From: an uncultured Planctomycetota bacterium
GTDB lineage: Bacteria; Planctomycetota; Planctomycetia; Isosphaerales; Isosphaeraceae
NCBI GenBank assembly: GCA_963845755.1
Contig: CAWJTV010000031.1
Coordinates: 224,001 to 288,000, forward strand
Length of the DNA: 64,000 bases
Direction of reading: 5' to 3'
Shown: positions 20,952-32,278 of the stretch, piece by piece
Numbering within the stretch: position 1 is the stretch's first letter
How the letters are laid out: every line of letters starts with the position of its first letter
Made by a program: the position numbers and the translations under genes
The notes under the pieces: model-generated
The model's database searches: none
Told to the model about the DNA's origin: nothing
Seen by the model: the letters and a program-made list of their open reading frames with translations, nothing else

Positions 20952-23436
20952 GTGACCGATTGGATCCTCCGAAGATTGGCCGATCGACTGGGGGTTGCAC
21001 CGGCTCGTGCCGGCGAGTCAACCAGCCCGCACATCCGCTTCGAGCAACTGTGGCCCCAGTGGCTGCTGGTGCTCACCGTGCTGGGCAGTGCGGTCTTCAT
21101 CGTGTGGCTGTATCGCCGCGAGGGGCGGGCCTCGGCGGCATCCAAGGTCGTGCTGGCCGGACTCCGGATCATCCTGGTGCTGCTGGCAGTATTCATGCTG
21201 TCCGAGGCGGTCCTCTCGGTCCAGCGCACCGGGTTGCCGTACCTGACCATCCTGGTGGACGACTCGGCGAGCGAGCAGATCGCCGACCAATACGAGAAGC
21301 CGGAAGTCCGGAAGGCGCTCGACGCCCTGGCCCGGGCCGCCGAGGCCAAGCCACCCGCAGCGGGCGCAGCGGCGAAATCGGCGAGTGGCGCGGACGCCGT
21401 GGCGGTCAACTCCGAGGGGAACGAGAGCCCGACGACTCGGCTGGCGATCGCCAAGGGACTGATCCTGAAGGACAACGCCGGTCTGATCCGGAAACTGCAG
21501 CAACAGTACAAGGTCCGCCTCTACCGCGTTTCGAACTCGGCACGACTCCTCGCGGACGTGGACCGGACCGACGCCGTCGGTCCGGCCGTCAAGGAGGTCC
21601 GCTCGATGGAGGCCAGCGGGACCCAGACGCGGCTCGGCGACGGCGTGCGCCAGGTCCTCACCGAGCTGCGAGGCGCCCCGCCTTCAGCGATCGTGTTGCT
21701 CTCCGACGGGCAGACGACGGAAGGAGAGCCCCTCTCCAAGGTCGCCGACCTCGCGGCTCGCAAGGGCGTGCCCCTGTACACGATCGGGCTGGGCAGTTCC
21801 GAGCCGGCGCGCGACCTCGAGCTCACCGAGCTACTGGTCGACGACGTGGTCTTCGTCGACGACGCCGTTCGATTTCAGGTCAAGCTTTCGGCACGCGGTT
21901 TCGAGAACCAGAAGGTCGTGGTCCAGCTCAAGGAACGGCAACCCAACTCGGACGACCCCAAATCCGACCGCGTCCTGGAGTCCAAGCAGGTCGACGTACC
22001 GCGTGACGGCCGTCCGGAGCGTATCGAGCTGGTCTACCGGCCGACGACCACGGGCGAGCGGACGTTCATCATCGAGGTCGAACGGCAGCCTCGCGAACTC
22101 CAGACCGAGAACAACCGCATCGAGCGGGTCATCACCGTCCGCAAGGAGAAACTCAAGGTCCTCTACGTCAACAACGATCCGCGCTACGAATTCCGCTATC
22201 TCAAGAATTACCTCGAACGCGAGGAGACGATCGAGTTGAACGTAGTCCTGCTCTCCTCCGACCCGGAGTATAGCGAACAAGACCGCGCCGCCTTGCCGAC
22301 GTTCCCGGCCTCCAAGGATGAGCTGTTCTCGTACGATGTCGTGCTCATGGGCGACGCCGACACCACGTTCCTCAGCCAGTCGCATATGCAGAACCTCGTC
22401 CAGTTCGTCACGGAGAAGGGGGGCGGCGTCCTGTTCATTGCCGGCGACCTGTTCGACCCGCTCAGCTATCGCGGCACGCCGCTCGAGTTGCTGCTGCCGA
22501 TCGAGCTGGCCGACGCGCGCAATCCCACAGCCGTAGGCACGAGTCTGAAATCGTACCGCCCCGAGCTAACACTCGAAGGACGGTCGAACCCTATCTTTCG
22601 ACTGGGCGAGAATGACGTCGCGAGCATGCAGATCTGGAAGGATCTCCCCGAACTCTACTGGTACTTCGAAGCCCCGCGGAAGAAGCCCGCCGCGGTCGTA
22701 CTGGCCGAGCACGAGACGGCGACCGGCGGCGAAGGCAAGCTCCCGCTGATCGTTTACCAGTTCCTCGGTGCCGGCAAGGTCATGTTCCATGCGTTCGACG
22801 ACACCTGGCGATGGCGATTCCGGGCCGGCGACCGGTACTTCGGCCGGTTCTGGCTGCAAACCATCCGGTTCATGGCCCGCTCGCGACTCGTTGGCCAGCG
22901 GCAAGCGGAGATCCAGACCGACCGCAGGCGTTACCAGCGCGGCCAACCGATCCAGTTCCGGGTCCGGTTCCCCAACCCCGGCCTGGCCCCGGCCGGCAGC
23001 GACGTGACGGTGCAGTTCCAGCGCAAAGGGCAGGGCCCGCGCAAGCTGACGCTCAAGCTCGTGCCCGGCACCAGGAACGTATTCGAAGGAGCGCCTCCCT
23101 CAGGCCGCCGAGGGCGAGTACGAGGTCCGGCTCCTTCCTCCGCCCTCGCTCGACCGGCCCATCACCGCCGAGTTTCGAGTCGAGGCACCGCTGAGCGAGC
23201 GCGAGCGGATCGAGATGAATGAGCCCGAGCTGATCAAGGTGGCCGCAGCCACCGGAGGCAAGTTCTATTCGCCGCTCGTGGCGGACGCATTGCTCAAAGA
23301 CTTGCCCAAACCCTCGCCCGTCCCGCTGGATACTGATCCCCCGATCCCGCTCTGGAATACCTGGCCCGTGCTGGCCCTGTTCCTCCTGGTGATCACGGCG
23401 GAATGGGTTATTCGCAAACGCAAGCAAATGGTATAA
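20952..23436 (+). CDS. vWA + GATase-like membrane protein; frameshift near 23095
   Basis: LVDDSASE, LLSDG, PRYEFRYLKN, KGGGVLFIAG, TWRWR, C-terminal LWN...EWVIRKR. Confidence 0.85.
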
Positions 23437-23482
23437 TGGTCGTTAGGTTCGGACCCGGAAAGCCGTTGAAGAGGAGGTCGCG

Positions 23483-26400
23483 ATGACCGCTCGTCAGTTG
23501 GAATCCCGGATCGGCGCGCTTCGCGCCTCCGTCCGGCGGCTACTGGCCCTGCACGGACTGAGCTGGGTGCTCGGCCTGTCCCTGCCACTGTTGATTGCGG
23601 CCGGCTTTGCCGATTGGCTCTTCCATCTGGATTCGGTGATCCGGGCGGTACTGCTAGTGGTCGTGATCGGCACGACGCTGGTCCTCCTCTATCGTCGCGT
23701 GCTTCGCCCCTTGTTCGTCCGGTTCGCCGACCTGGACATCGCGATGCGAATCGAGGAGCGCTGGCCGGGACTCAACGACCGGTTGGCCAGTACGATCCAG
23801 TTCCTCCACCTCGACGCAAGTGACGACCGGTATGGATCCGCGGCGCTTCGAGAAGCGACCGTCCGTCAGGCCATCGAGGAAACGAGCGGGATCGATTTCC
23901 GCGAGGTCCTCGAACCGAGGCCGGTCGTCCGGGCCGTGGGCCTGGCCGCCGCAGCGCTGGCCCTCGGGGCACTGGTGATGATCGCCGCCCCCGAGTCATC
24001 GCGACTCGCCCTGCGCCGGTTGATGCTCCCGTTCGGGAGTCTGGAATGGCCGCAGCAGACCCACCTCGTCCTGGACGAGGCGAATACCAGGCTGAAGGTT
24101 GCGCGCGGCGACTACTTCACGCTCGCGGTCAAGGTGCGGGCGGGCGACAAGATCCCCGAGTCCGCGAACGCAACCTATCGTTTCTCCGATGGTGCGGAGA
24201 TGGTGGAACCCCTGCGGCCCGTAGAGGGCGGCGAGTTCCACGGCCGGATCGAATCGGTCAATCAAACCTTTCATTTCTCGGTCACCGGCGGGGACGACGC
24301 CACGTCGATTCGCGACATCCCCGTGCGGGTCGTCCCGCCTCCGAGCCTGAAGTCGTTGACCATCCGACTGGTGTCCCCACCCTACACCGGGGTTCCGGTC
24401 CAGATGCTGGCACCCGGCCTGACGCAGCTCCGGGCCCTCGAAGGAACGCAACTGGAACTCGAGGCCGAGGCCAGCAAGCCCCTGGAGCACGCACAGCTTC
24501 GCATCGGAGAAGACCCGGCCGGCGGCGCGCTGGCCTTCGACGCATCTCGCACGCGTTTCAAGGCGGCGCTCCCCATCAAGGGAAGCTTCACCTTCTGGTT
24601 CCGCCTGAAGGACACCGAGGGCTTTTTCAATCGGGACGAGGTTCGTTACGACGTTCGCGGTTTCAAGGACGAGGCGCCCCGGGTCGTGATCGAGGAGCCC
24701 AAGACCGACCGCGACGTCCCCGCGGATGCGACCATCCCCGTCCGGATCGTCCTGGATGACGATTTCGGACTGCACTCGGCCCGGCTGATCTACCGGATCG
24801 CGACCGGCGAGTCCGAGCCGCACGACGAGGCCGTCATCCCCCTCTGGACGGCCAAGGACCAGTCGCCCACTCCAGTTGCCTCCACCGTCGTCAAGCACCA
24901 GGAGCTCGCCCATAACTGGCAGCTCGCGCCGCTGAAACTCCCCGTCGGGACCATCGTCACCTTCTACGCCGACGCGCGCGACCTCGACACGATCAAGGGC
25001 CCCAATCTTGGCAAGAGCCGGGAGCTCCGACTCCGGATCGTCTCGAATGACGACGCGGCGCGCCAGTTCGATGACGCGCGACGCGACTTCCGCGAGGAGG
25101 TCGCCCGCGTGCTCACGATGCAGAAGCAAGCCATTGCCCCGGTCGAGAATGCCGACCGCACCCTCTCGCAGACCGACCAGCTTCCCCAGACCCAGCGCGA
25201 TGACCTCAACAACGCCTCGATGATCCAGCGCCAGGTCGGCACCCGCTTCACCAATCGCGACGAGGGGCTCGCCGCACGGATCCGCCGCATGCTCGAAGAC
25301 CTCCGAAACTTCAAGATCGCCAACCCCGAAGCTCAGAAGCAGATGCAGGACATGCTCGCTCGTGTGGAAACGGTCCGCGAGCGAAACCTCGGTCCCGCAG
25401 AGCAGGGCCTCACGCGCGCCACGAAGAGCCTGGAGAATCGTCCGGAGTCGGGTAAGCGCCAGCCTCAAACTCCCGCCGGCGAGGCCGCCGAGGCCAAGAA
25501 CGAGCCATCGAGTTCCCCGTCCTCAACTGAGACCAATCCAGACCGATCGCGATCCAAGAGCCAGAGTCGGATCCCCATCCAAGTCTCAGGACGGATCGCA
25601 ATCCAAGAACCAGAGTGGATCCCCATCCAAGTCTCAGGACGGGGCTCAAACCCCCGAATCGGCTTCGAAGAGCGGCAAGCCTTCGGAGAGCTCGAAGCCG
25701 AACAGCCAGGGAGACACCGATCGAAAACCCGATGAGGATCCGGCCCGTGCCGCCCTCGCCGAGGCGAAGACCAACCAGAAGGAGATCGCCGACCAGCTCC
25801 AGAAGATGCTAGAAAGCCTCAGCGAATTCGAGACCTATCGCGGCGTCGTGAAGGATGCGCAGGAACTGCTCAAGCAGCAAGAGCAGACCATGAAGCAGAC
25901 GGCCGAGGCGGCGTCGCGGCCGGAGATGGTCGGTAAGCCGGCCGACGAGTTGACCGCGGAACAGAAGACGGATCTGTCGAATCTGGCTGCGCGTCAGTCC
26001 GAAGTGGCGCTCGGGTTTGCAAAAACTTCAGGAGCGGATGGGCGAGATGGCCAAACGGCTCGAAGAGTCCGACCCGTTGGCGGCATCCGCCATGCGCGAG
26101 GCGACAGAGAAGAGCCAGAAACAGGAGACTGTGGGCAAGCTCGGTGAGGCGGCCGAGCAACTGGAGCGGAACCAGATGGCCACCGCTCGATCTCGCCAGG
26201 AACGAGCACGCGACGAGATCCGCGACCTGGTCGATGCGATTCAGAACCGTCGCGAACGCGAGCTCGCCCGGCTGGTCAAGGAGCTCAAGAACGCCGAGAA
26301 CGAGCTGGCCAAAACTCGCGCGCGACAGGCGCAGAACCTCAAGAACACCCGCGAGGCCCGCCGCAATCCCAATGCCCAGGAGCGCCGCGAACAGTTGAAG

Positions 26401-27309
26401 CGACTGGCCAAGGAGCAGGCCGAGATTCAGCGCGACCTCGAACGGCAGCTCCAACGGCTCGCCAAATTGAGCGCCGACGCCGCTTCGCGCGCGGCCAGTC
26501 GGCCTCGGGCCGGATGAGCCGTGCCCAACAGAACCTCGATCAGGATCAGGGTGACGAGGCCGGAAAAGAGCAGGAAGACGCCCTCGCCGACCTGGAAGAC
26601 GCCCAGGACGAACTCGAAGAAACTGCGCCGCCAGGCCGAGGAGCAGCTCGCGGTCGAACAGCTCGCGCGCATCGGGGATGAGCTCAAGTCGATCGCCGAA
26701 CGCCAGGTCAAGGTGGTCGAAGAAACCAAGTCTTACGAGCAACGGAGGGTTGAGAGTAACGGCAAACTCTCCCTGGCCCAGCAACGCGGCGTCCGCGGAT
26801 TGGGACAGGTCCAATCCGGCCTGAAGGACGAAACGGGCGAGCTGGCCGAGAAGCTCGATGGCGCACCCGTCGTCGCGCTGACCCTCCGCCGCGCCTCGAG
26901 CAGCATGGAGACCGCGGCTCAGCGGCTTGGAGAGATCAAGACCGACAAGCCAACCGAGCAGGCCGCTCAATCCGCCGCCGAGCGGTTCAAGCAGCTCATC
27001 GATTCGCTCCGAGCCGATCGCGGCGGCAACCAGGGACAGGGCGGCCAGCAAGGCGGGGGCGGGGGAGGCGGAGGCGCCGGTGACGGCAACGACGACGGGA
27101 TTCCGCCGACCGCTCAACTTAAGCTGCTCAAGACCCTCCAGCAGGAAATCAACGATCGAACCGATGACCTGGACGAGCAACGCCGGCGCAAGGGTACTCT
27201 CACGCCCGAGCAGGCCGCCGAGCTGAAACGGCTGGCCGAGGACCAGGGCGTCCTGGCAGACCTCGTGCGTGACATGACTCGTCCCAGACACGACGACGGG
27301 GAGGATTGA
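23483..27309 (+). CDS. Large membrane-anchored Ig-like + coiled-coil protein (DUF4175-like); frameshifts near 25568, 26015, 26510, 26610
   Basis: TMs, IEERWPGLNDRLASTIQF, DEAPRV, DDDFGL, long Gln/Glu/Lys heptads, AQLKLLKTLQQEINDRT. Confidence 0.75.
25561..25642 (+). repeat. 48-bp (16 aa) tandem repeat in the coiled-coil gene; first copy has one extra C
   Basis: CCAGAGT(C)GGATCCCCATCCAAGTCTCAGGACGG at 25561 and again at 25610. Confidence 0.85.
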
Positions 27310-27312
27310 ACC

Positions 27313-28364
27313 ATGAACGCCAGGTACGCAATCGGGCTCCTGTCGCTAGCGATCGGCCTGATCGCCTCGGCGGGAGCCGACCTCCGAGCACAGGCGCCGG
27401 CCCAACCCAAGGACGAGGCGCTCGACTCCCTGCTCGAGAAGCTCTCGAATCCCTCCGATGCACCGGGCGTCAAGGCGGAGAAATCCGCCAGGTCCGGGTC
27501 CTCCAAATCGGACAGCAAGGAAAGGTCGAAGGACGAGACGGCCAAGAAACAGGAGACGGCCAAGAGGTCGGACGCCAAGGCCAAATCCAGTGGGCAATCT
27601 GGCGGTGCGTCCGGGCCTGTGCGGGTGCCGGACCTTCGGGCAAGCCGGCCGCGCGCAAGCCCGACGGCTCGTCCACAGTCAGCGGGAAGGACAAGGACCT
27701 CGACGATCTGCTCGAGAAACTGGGTGAGAGCAAGGATACACCCTCCCCGAACGGGCGGCCCCAGGGCGGCCCTGGAGGCGAGGAGGACCGGCCGGGTCAG
27801 CCCCCCCCTCGTCCCGGTCAGGCGGAACGAAATCAGCCCGCCGGTAAGGACAAGGACCTCGATCGGCATCTGGAGGAATTGACCGGCCGTCGGCGAAAGC
27901 GAAATGCCGACGACGGCCAGCGTACGGGCAAGGTCGGCGAGATCATCAAGGAGATGAGGGACGTCGAGCAGAAGCTCGGCAAGCCCGATACGGGCGAGGG
28001 CACGCGCGAAGAGCAGAAACAGATCGTCAAGAATATCGACACCCTGATCGAGGAAGTCAAGCGGTCGGGAAGTACGATGAGAGGGCTCGTGTTCCGTCGC
28101 GTCCCACGGCCCGGGCGTCAACCAGGCCAGCAGCCCGGCCAGACCGACGGGGCGACGGCCCGCGGCGCCCCGCCCTCCAAGCCGATGCAGCCGACCGGCA
28201 AGCACGCGAATGTCGGCGGTAAGGATATCTGGGGACATCTCCCCGCGGAGCTGCGACAGGAGATCGAGAATCAGACCCACGAAGAGCCCTTGAGCGCGAA
28301 GGTGGAGCTGATCGATCGTTACTATCTGTCGGTCGGTAAGGGCAAGCTCGTTCGAGAGGAGTGA
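27313..28364 (+). CDS. Secreted low-complexity protein with C-terminal WGHLP...YY motif; frameshift near 27620
   Basis: Signal peptide in the 27313 frame; IIKEMRDVEQKL, WGHLPAELRQEI, LIDRYYLSV in the 27306 frame. Confidence 0.7.
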
Positions 28365-28368
28365 GGAC

Positions 28369-29484
28369 ATGCTCGACCATCGGAACAGGCGGCTCCTGGT
28401 CCTGGGACTCCTCGCCGGATCCCTAACGCTGGCGATCGGACCGGTTCGTCCCGTCCGGGCACAAGACGTTGCCAAGGACAAAGAACCCGACAAGTCCGTC
28501 GGACGGTTCGGCGAGGCCCGCCGGGGAGACATCCCCGACGGGACGCTCGAGATGATGACCCCCGACACCGACCGCGCCATCCAGGCCGGTCTCGCCTGGC
28601 TCGCCCGAAACCAGAATTCCGACGGCTCCTTCGGCAGCGGCACCTATCGCGGCAACATCGCCGTCACCAGCGTCGCCGCCCTGGCCTTCATGTCCTCCGG
28701 CTCCAGCCCCGGACGCGGGCCCTACGGCGCCCCCATCGACAAGGCCCTCGAGTACGTCATGGACAACACCTCCCCCTCGGGATTCATCTCCGTCCAGGGC
28801 TCCTCGACCCACGGGCCCATGTACTCCCACGGCTTCGGAACCCTCTTCCTCGCCGAGGCCTATGGCATGACCCATCGCCCCGAGATCCGCGAGAAGCTCC
28901 GCAAGGCCGTCCAACTGATCGTCGACACCCAGAATCGCGAGGGCGGCTGGCGGTATCAGCCCGTCAAGAACGACGCCGACCTCTCGGTGACCATTTGCCA
29001 GATCAACGCACTACGCGCCGCGCGCAATGCCGGTCTCTACGTGCCCAAGGACACTGTGGACGCGTGCATCCGGTACGTGAAGCAATCGCAGAACTCGGAC
29101 GGGGGCTTTCGCTACATGCTCAGCGGGGGGGCCAGTGCGTTTCCGCGCTCGGCCGCGGGTGTGGTGGCCTTGCAGAGCGCCGGGGAATACGATTCGAAAG
29201 AGATCCGCGACGGCATCGCCTACCTCCGGCAGTACACCCGTGAAATCAAGCTCGGGAGCCGGTACAGTCATTACTTCTACGGTCATTACTATGCGGCGCA
29301 GGCCATGTGGATTCGGGGCGGCGACGAATGGGCGGAGTGGTACCCGGCCATCCGAACCGAGTTGCTCCGGCGCAAGTCCACGAACGGCTTCTGGAGCGAC
29401 AGCATCTGCAACGAATACGGGACGGCGATGGCCTTGATCATCCTCCAGATCCCGAATAATTACCTTCCGATCTTTCAACGTTGA
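28369..29484 (+). CDS. Prenyltransferase/squalene-oxidase-repeat (alpha/alpha barrel) secreted protein, copy 1
   Basis: GLAWLARNQNSDGSF, QNREGGWRY, DLSVT, QNSDGGFRY, YGHYYAAQAM, YGTAMA, YLPIFQR. Confidence 0.9.
   Translation: MLDHRNRRLLVLGLLAGSLTLAIGPVRPVRAQDVAKDKEPDKSVGRFGEARRGDIPDGTLEMMTPDTDRAIQAGLAWLARNQNSDGSFGSGTYRGNIAVTSVAALAFMSSGSSPGRGPYGAPIDKALEYVMDNTSPSGFISVQGSSTHGPMYSHGFGTLFLAEAYGMTHRPEIREKLRKAVQLIVDTQNREGGWRYQPVKNDADLSVTICQINALRAARNAGLYVPKDTVDACIRYVKQSQNSDGGFRYMLSGGASAFPRSAAGVVALQSAGEYDSKEIRDGIAYLRQYTREIKLGSRYSHYFYGHYYAAQAMWIRGGDEWAEWYPAIRTELLRRKSTNGFWSDSICNEYGTAMALIILQIPNNYLPIFQR
28512..29054 (+). repeat. 543-bp direct repeat, copy A (partner 29650..30192)
   Basis: No mismatch found reading both copies by eye; offset 1138 bp. 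Confidence 0.88.
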
Positions 29485-29512
29485 GCGAATCCCATACTGG
29501 AGGAGGGAGACG

Positions 29513-30625
29513 ATGGGCGTTGATCGTCCCGTGCGCCGACGTCCTGGAGAGGCAGCGGCCTGGTTGATGGTCGCTGTGGTGATCTCCGCGGGCCTCCCGG
29601 ACGCGAAAGCTCAAGGACCGGGGCGTCCCAAGGCACCGTCCGGCTTCGCCGAGGCCCGCCGGGGAGACATCCCCGACGGGACGCTCGAGATGATGACCCC
29701 CGACACCGACCGCGCCATCCAGGCCGGTCTCGCCTGGCTCGCCCGAAACCAGAATTCCGACGGCTCCTTCGGCAGCGGCACCTATCGCGGCAACATCGCC
29801 GTCACCAGCGTCGCCGCCCTGGCCTTCATGTCCTCCGGCTCCAGCCCCGGACGCGGGCCCTACGGCGCCCCCATCGACAAGGCCCTCGAGTACGTCATGG
29901 ACAACACCTCCCCCTCGGGATTCATCTCCGTCCAGGGCTCCTCGACCCACGGGCCCATGTACTCCCACGGCTTCGGAACCCTCTTCCTCGCCGAGGCCTA
30001 TGGCATGACCCATCGCCCCGAGATCCGCGAGAAGCTCCGCAAGGCCGTCCAACTGATCGTCGACACCCAGAATCGCGAGGGCGGCTGGCGGTATCAGCCC
30101 GTCAAGAACGACGCCGACCTCTCGGTGACCATTTGCCAGATCAACGCACTACGCGCCGCGCGCAATGCCGGTCTCTACGTGCCCAAGGACACCGTGGACG
30201 CGTGCATCCGGTACGTGAAGCAATCCCAGAACCCGGATGGGGGCTTCCGCTACATGCTCACGGGCGGCCCGAGCAGCGAGTTCCCGCGATCGGCGGCAGG
30301 CGTGGTGGCCTTGCAGAGCGCCGGGGAAGACGATTCGAAGGAGATCCGCGACGGTATCAACTACCTCCGGCAGTTCAACCAGGGGCTCCGCCTCAACCGG
30401 CGGAACAACCATTATTACTACGGCCAGTACTACGCCGCCCAGGCCATGTGGATCCACGGTGGGGAAGCGTGGGCAGAGTGGTACCCAACCGTCCGCGACG
30501 AACTGCTCAAGCGCAAGTCGGTCACGGGGTACTGGCCCGACATGGTCTGCAACGAATACGGAACGGCCATGGCGCTGATCATCCTCCAGATCCCGAATGA
30601 CTTCCTGCCGATTTTTCAGCGCTAA
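29513..30625 (+). CDS. Prenyltransferase/squalene-oxidase-repeat protein, copy 2
   Basis: Same motifs; different N-terminus and diverged C-terminal part. Confidence 0.9.
   Translation: MGVDRPVRRRPGEAAAWLMVAVVISAGLPDAKAQGPGRPKAPSGFAEARRGDIPDGTLEMMTPDTDRAIQAGLAWLARNQNSDGSFGSGTYRGNIAVTSVAALAFMSSGSSPGRGPYGAPIDKALEYVMDNTSPSGFISVQGSSTHGPMYSHGFGTLFLAEAYGMTHRPEIREKLRKAVQLIVDTQNREGGWRYQPVKNDADLSVTICQINALRAARNAGLYVPKDTVDACIRYVKQSQNPDGGFRYMLTGGPSSEFPRSAAGVVALQSAGEDDSKEIRDGINYLRQFNQGLRLNRRNNHYYYGQYYAAQAMWIHGGEAWAEWYPTVRDELLKRKSVTGYWPDMVCNEYGTAMALIILQIPNDFLPIFQR
29650..30192 (+). repeat. 543-bp direct repeat, copy B
   Basis: Identical to 28512..29054. Confidence 0.88.
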
Positions 30626-30631
30626 GGGAGG

Positions 30632-31903
30632 GTGATGTTGGGGATCATCTCGTGTTTGCTCGATTCCTGTCGTCGCGGCTTCGTGAGCGTAGTGGTCGCC
30701 GGGGCGGTGTTCTTGTTCGGAACCGCGCCGGCATCGGCGGACTCCGAGAGGGCGCCGGTCTCCTCCGATCCCGTCTTCCAGGCCCTGATGATCGACGGCC
30801 GCGCGCCGTCGGGACGGATCGTTACATTCGAGCCGGACGCGATCACGGTCGCGAGCAAGGAGGGGACCAAGGAGCGCCTTCCGATCGACCGGCTGGTCAA
30901 GCTCGTGCGCGAGCCTGCGGCCACGGTACCGGCGTGGGAGGATTCCCAGGCCGTGCTCCTCCCCGAGGGCGACCGGCTCCTGCGTACCGCCATCGGCTCC
31001 ACGAACGAAAACAGCCTGGAGGTGCGGTCCGAATCGCTGGGCAAGCTGGAGGTCCCACTGGATTGCCTTCTGGGCTTGATCCTCTCCACCCAGGGCCAAT
31101 CCGGCGCATTTGATGCCCGCTGGGACCGGATCCTGGTCGAACCGCGCAAGAATGAGGTGATCTGGCTGCTCAACGGCGACCGGCTCCAGGGTAGCTTCCT
31201 CGATATGGACGACCGTAAGATCCGAGTCCAGATCGATCAGAAGCCGGTCGAGGTAGAGCGAATCGGGGTCGTCGCGCTGGCATTCGACCCGGCTCTCTTG
31301 AACTATCCGAGGCCGAAGGGTTATTTCCTGGAAATGCGGTTGAACGACGGCACGCGACTGGGGGTGACTTCCGCCAAGGTCGATGAGGGGACCGTCGAGG
31401 CCATGACCCGATTCGGGCGGCCCGTGCGTTTCGCCCTGGGCGAACTCGCACGCATCTCTCGCGCGGGCCTTCCGTGGTCTACCTCGCGGACCGAGCACCG
31501 GCGAAGACCGTCTATTCCCCGTACATCGGTCCGACGCGTCCCTACCGCACGGATCGCGCGGTCGAACGGCCGGCCGTTCCAGCTCGGAGGGCAAACTTAC
31601 GACCGCGGCATCGGGACTCAGAGCCGGACGTTGCTCGCTTATCGGATCGAGCCGGGCGACCGGCGGTTCCAGGCCCTCGTGGGAGTCGACGAACGCGCCG
31701 GACCGCTGGGGAACGTGGTGTTCCGCGTATTGATCGACGGGGTGGAACAATTCCGGTCGGCCCCGATGACCGATCGGGACGCGCCGAAACCGATTGACGT
31801 GGATCTCGCCAACGGCAAGATTCTGATTCTGGACACACAGTTCGGGCATCGCGGCGATGTTCGCGATCTCGCCGACTGGGTCGAGGCCCGGATCATTCGT
31901 TAA
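30632..31903 (+). CDS. Secreted protein with C-terminal NPCBM/NEW2 domain; compensating frameshifts near 31465 and 31560
   Basis: LLNGDRLQG repeats; YDRGIGTQS, FQALVGVDE, GNVVFRV, ADWVEARI. Confidence 0.82.
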   Translation: MMLGIISCLLDSCRRGFVSVVVAGAVFLFGTAPASADSERAPVSSDPVFQALMIDGRAPSGRIVTFEPDAITVASKEGTKERLPIDRLVKLVREPAATVPAWEDSQAVLLPEGDRLLRTAIGSTNENSLEVRSESLGKLEVPLDCLLGLILSTQGQSGAFDARWDRILVEPRKNEVIWLLNGDRLQGSFLDMDDRKIRVQIDQKPVEVERIGVVALAFDPALLNYPRPKGYFLEMRLNDGTRLGVTSAKVDEGTVEAMTRFGRPVRFALGELARISRAGLPWSTSRTEHRRRPSIPRTSVRRVPTARIARSNGRPFQLGGQTYDRGIGTQSRTLLAYRIEPGDRRFQALVGVDERAGPLGNVVFRVLIDGVEQFRSAPMTDRDAPKPIDVDLANGKILILDTQFGHRGDVRDLADWVEARIIR

Positions 31904-32110
31904 CCCGAGTCGCGCGTGCTTCGAAACTCGTCCAAAGGCTGAAGAACCGGCACCGGGCTTGCGGCATAATACTGACTGGAGGAATCGGGGGACAAAGCTC
32001 GAGACGAGAGAAGACGAAGGCGGCTCGATCGAGCGCGTGTCCTCCAGGCACTGCGGTGAGTATCGTGCACCTCGACAACTCCCGCAGCGAGCCGGGGAAT
32101 CTGAGGTCCT

Positions 32111-32172
32111 GGTCCGGGCTTAAGCCGGTCGTTCGATCTCGCACGGATCCCGCCCGAAGGCGGGACTCCGAC
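32111..32172. repeat. REP-like palindrome pair
   Basis: GGTCCGGGCTTAAGCCGG ... CCCGCCCGAAGGCGGGACTCCGAC. Confidence 0.5.
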
Positions 32173-32278
32173 GAAACGGACGGAATCCAAGGCTAAAGCT
32201 GCGGCTCCGCTAAAGATCCTCACAGCCGTGGTCATCCGAGCCAGCCAAACACTCGTGCGAAGGAGAATCTACACGGCC

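Noticed and set aside
28512..30625. Diversity-generating retroelement TR/VR pair
   Set aside because: No reverse transcriptase in the window; differences between the copies are not adenine-specific and both copies are full genes.
28369..30625. Squalene-hopene cyclase call
   Set aside because: Only ~370 aa, single barrel, signal-peptide-like N-termini, no DxDD motif seen.
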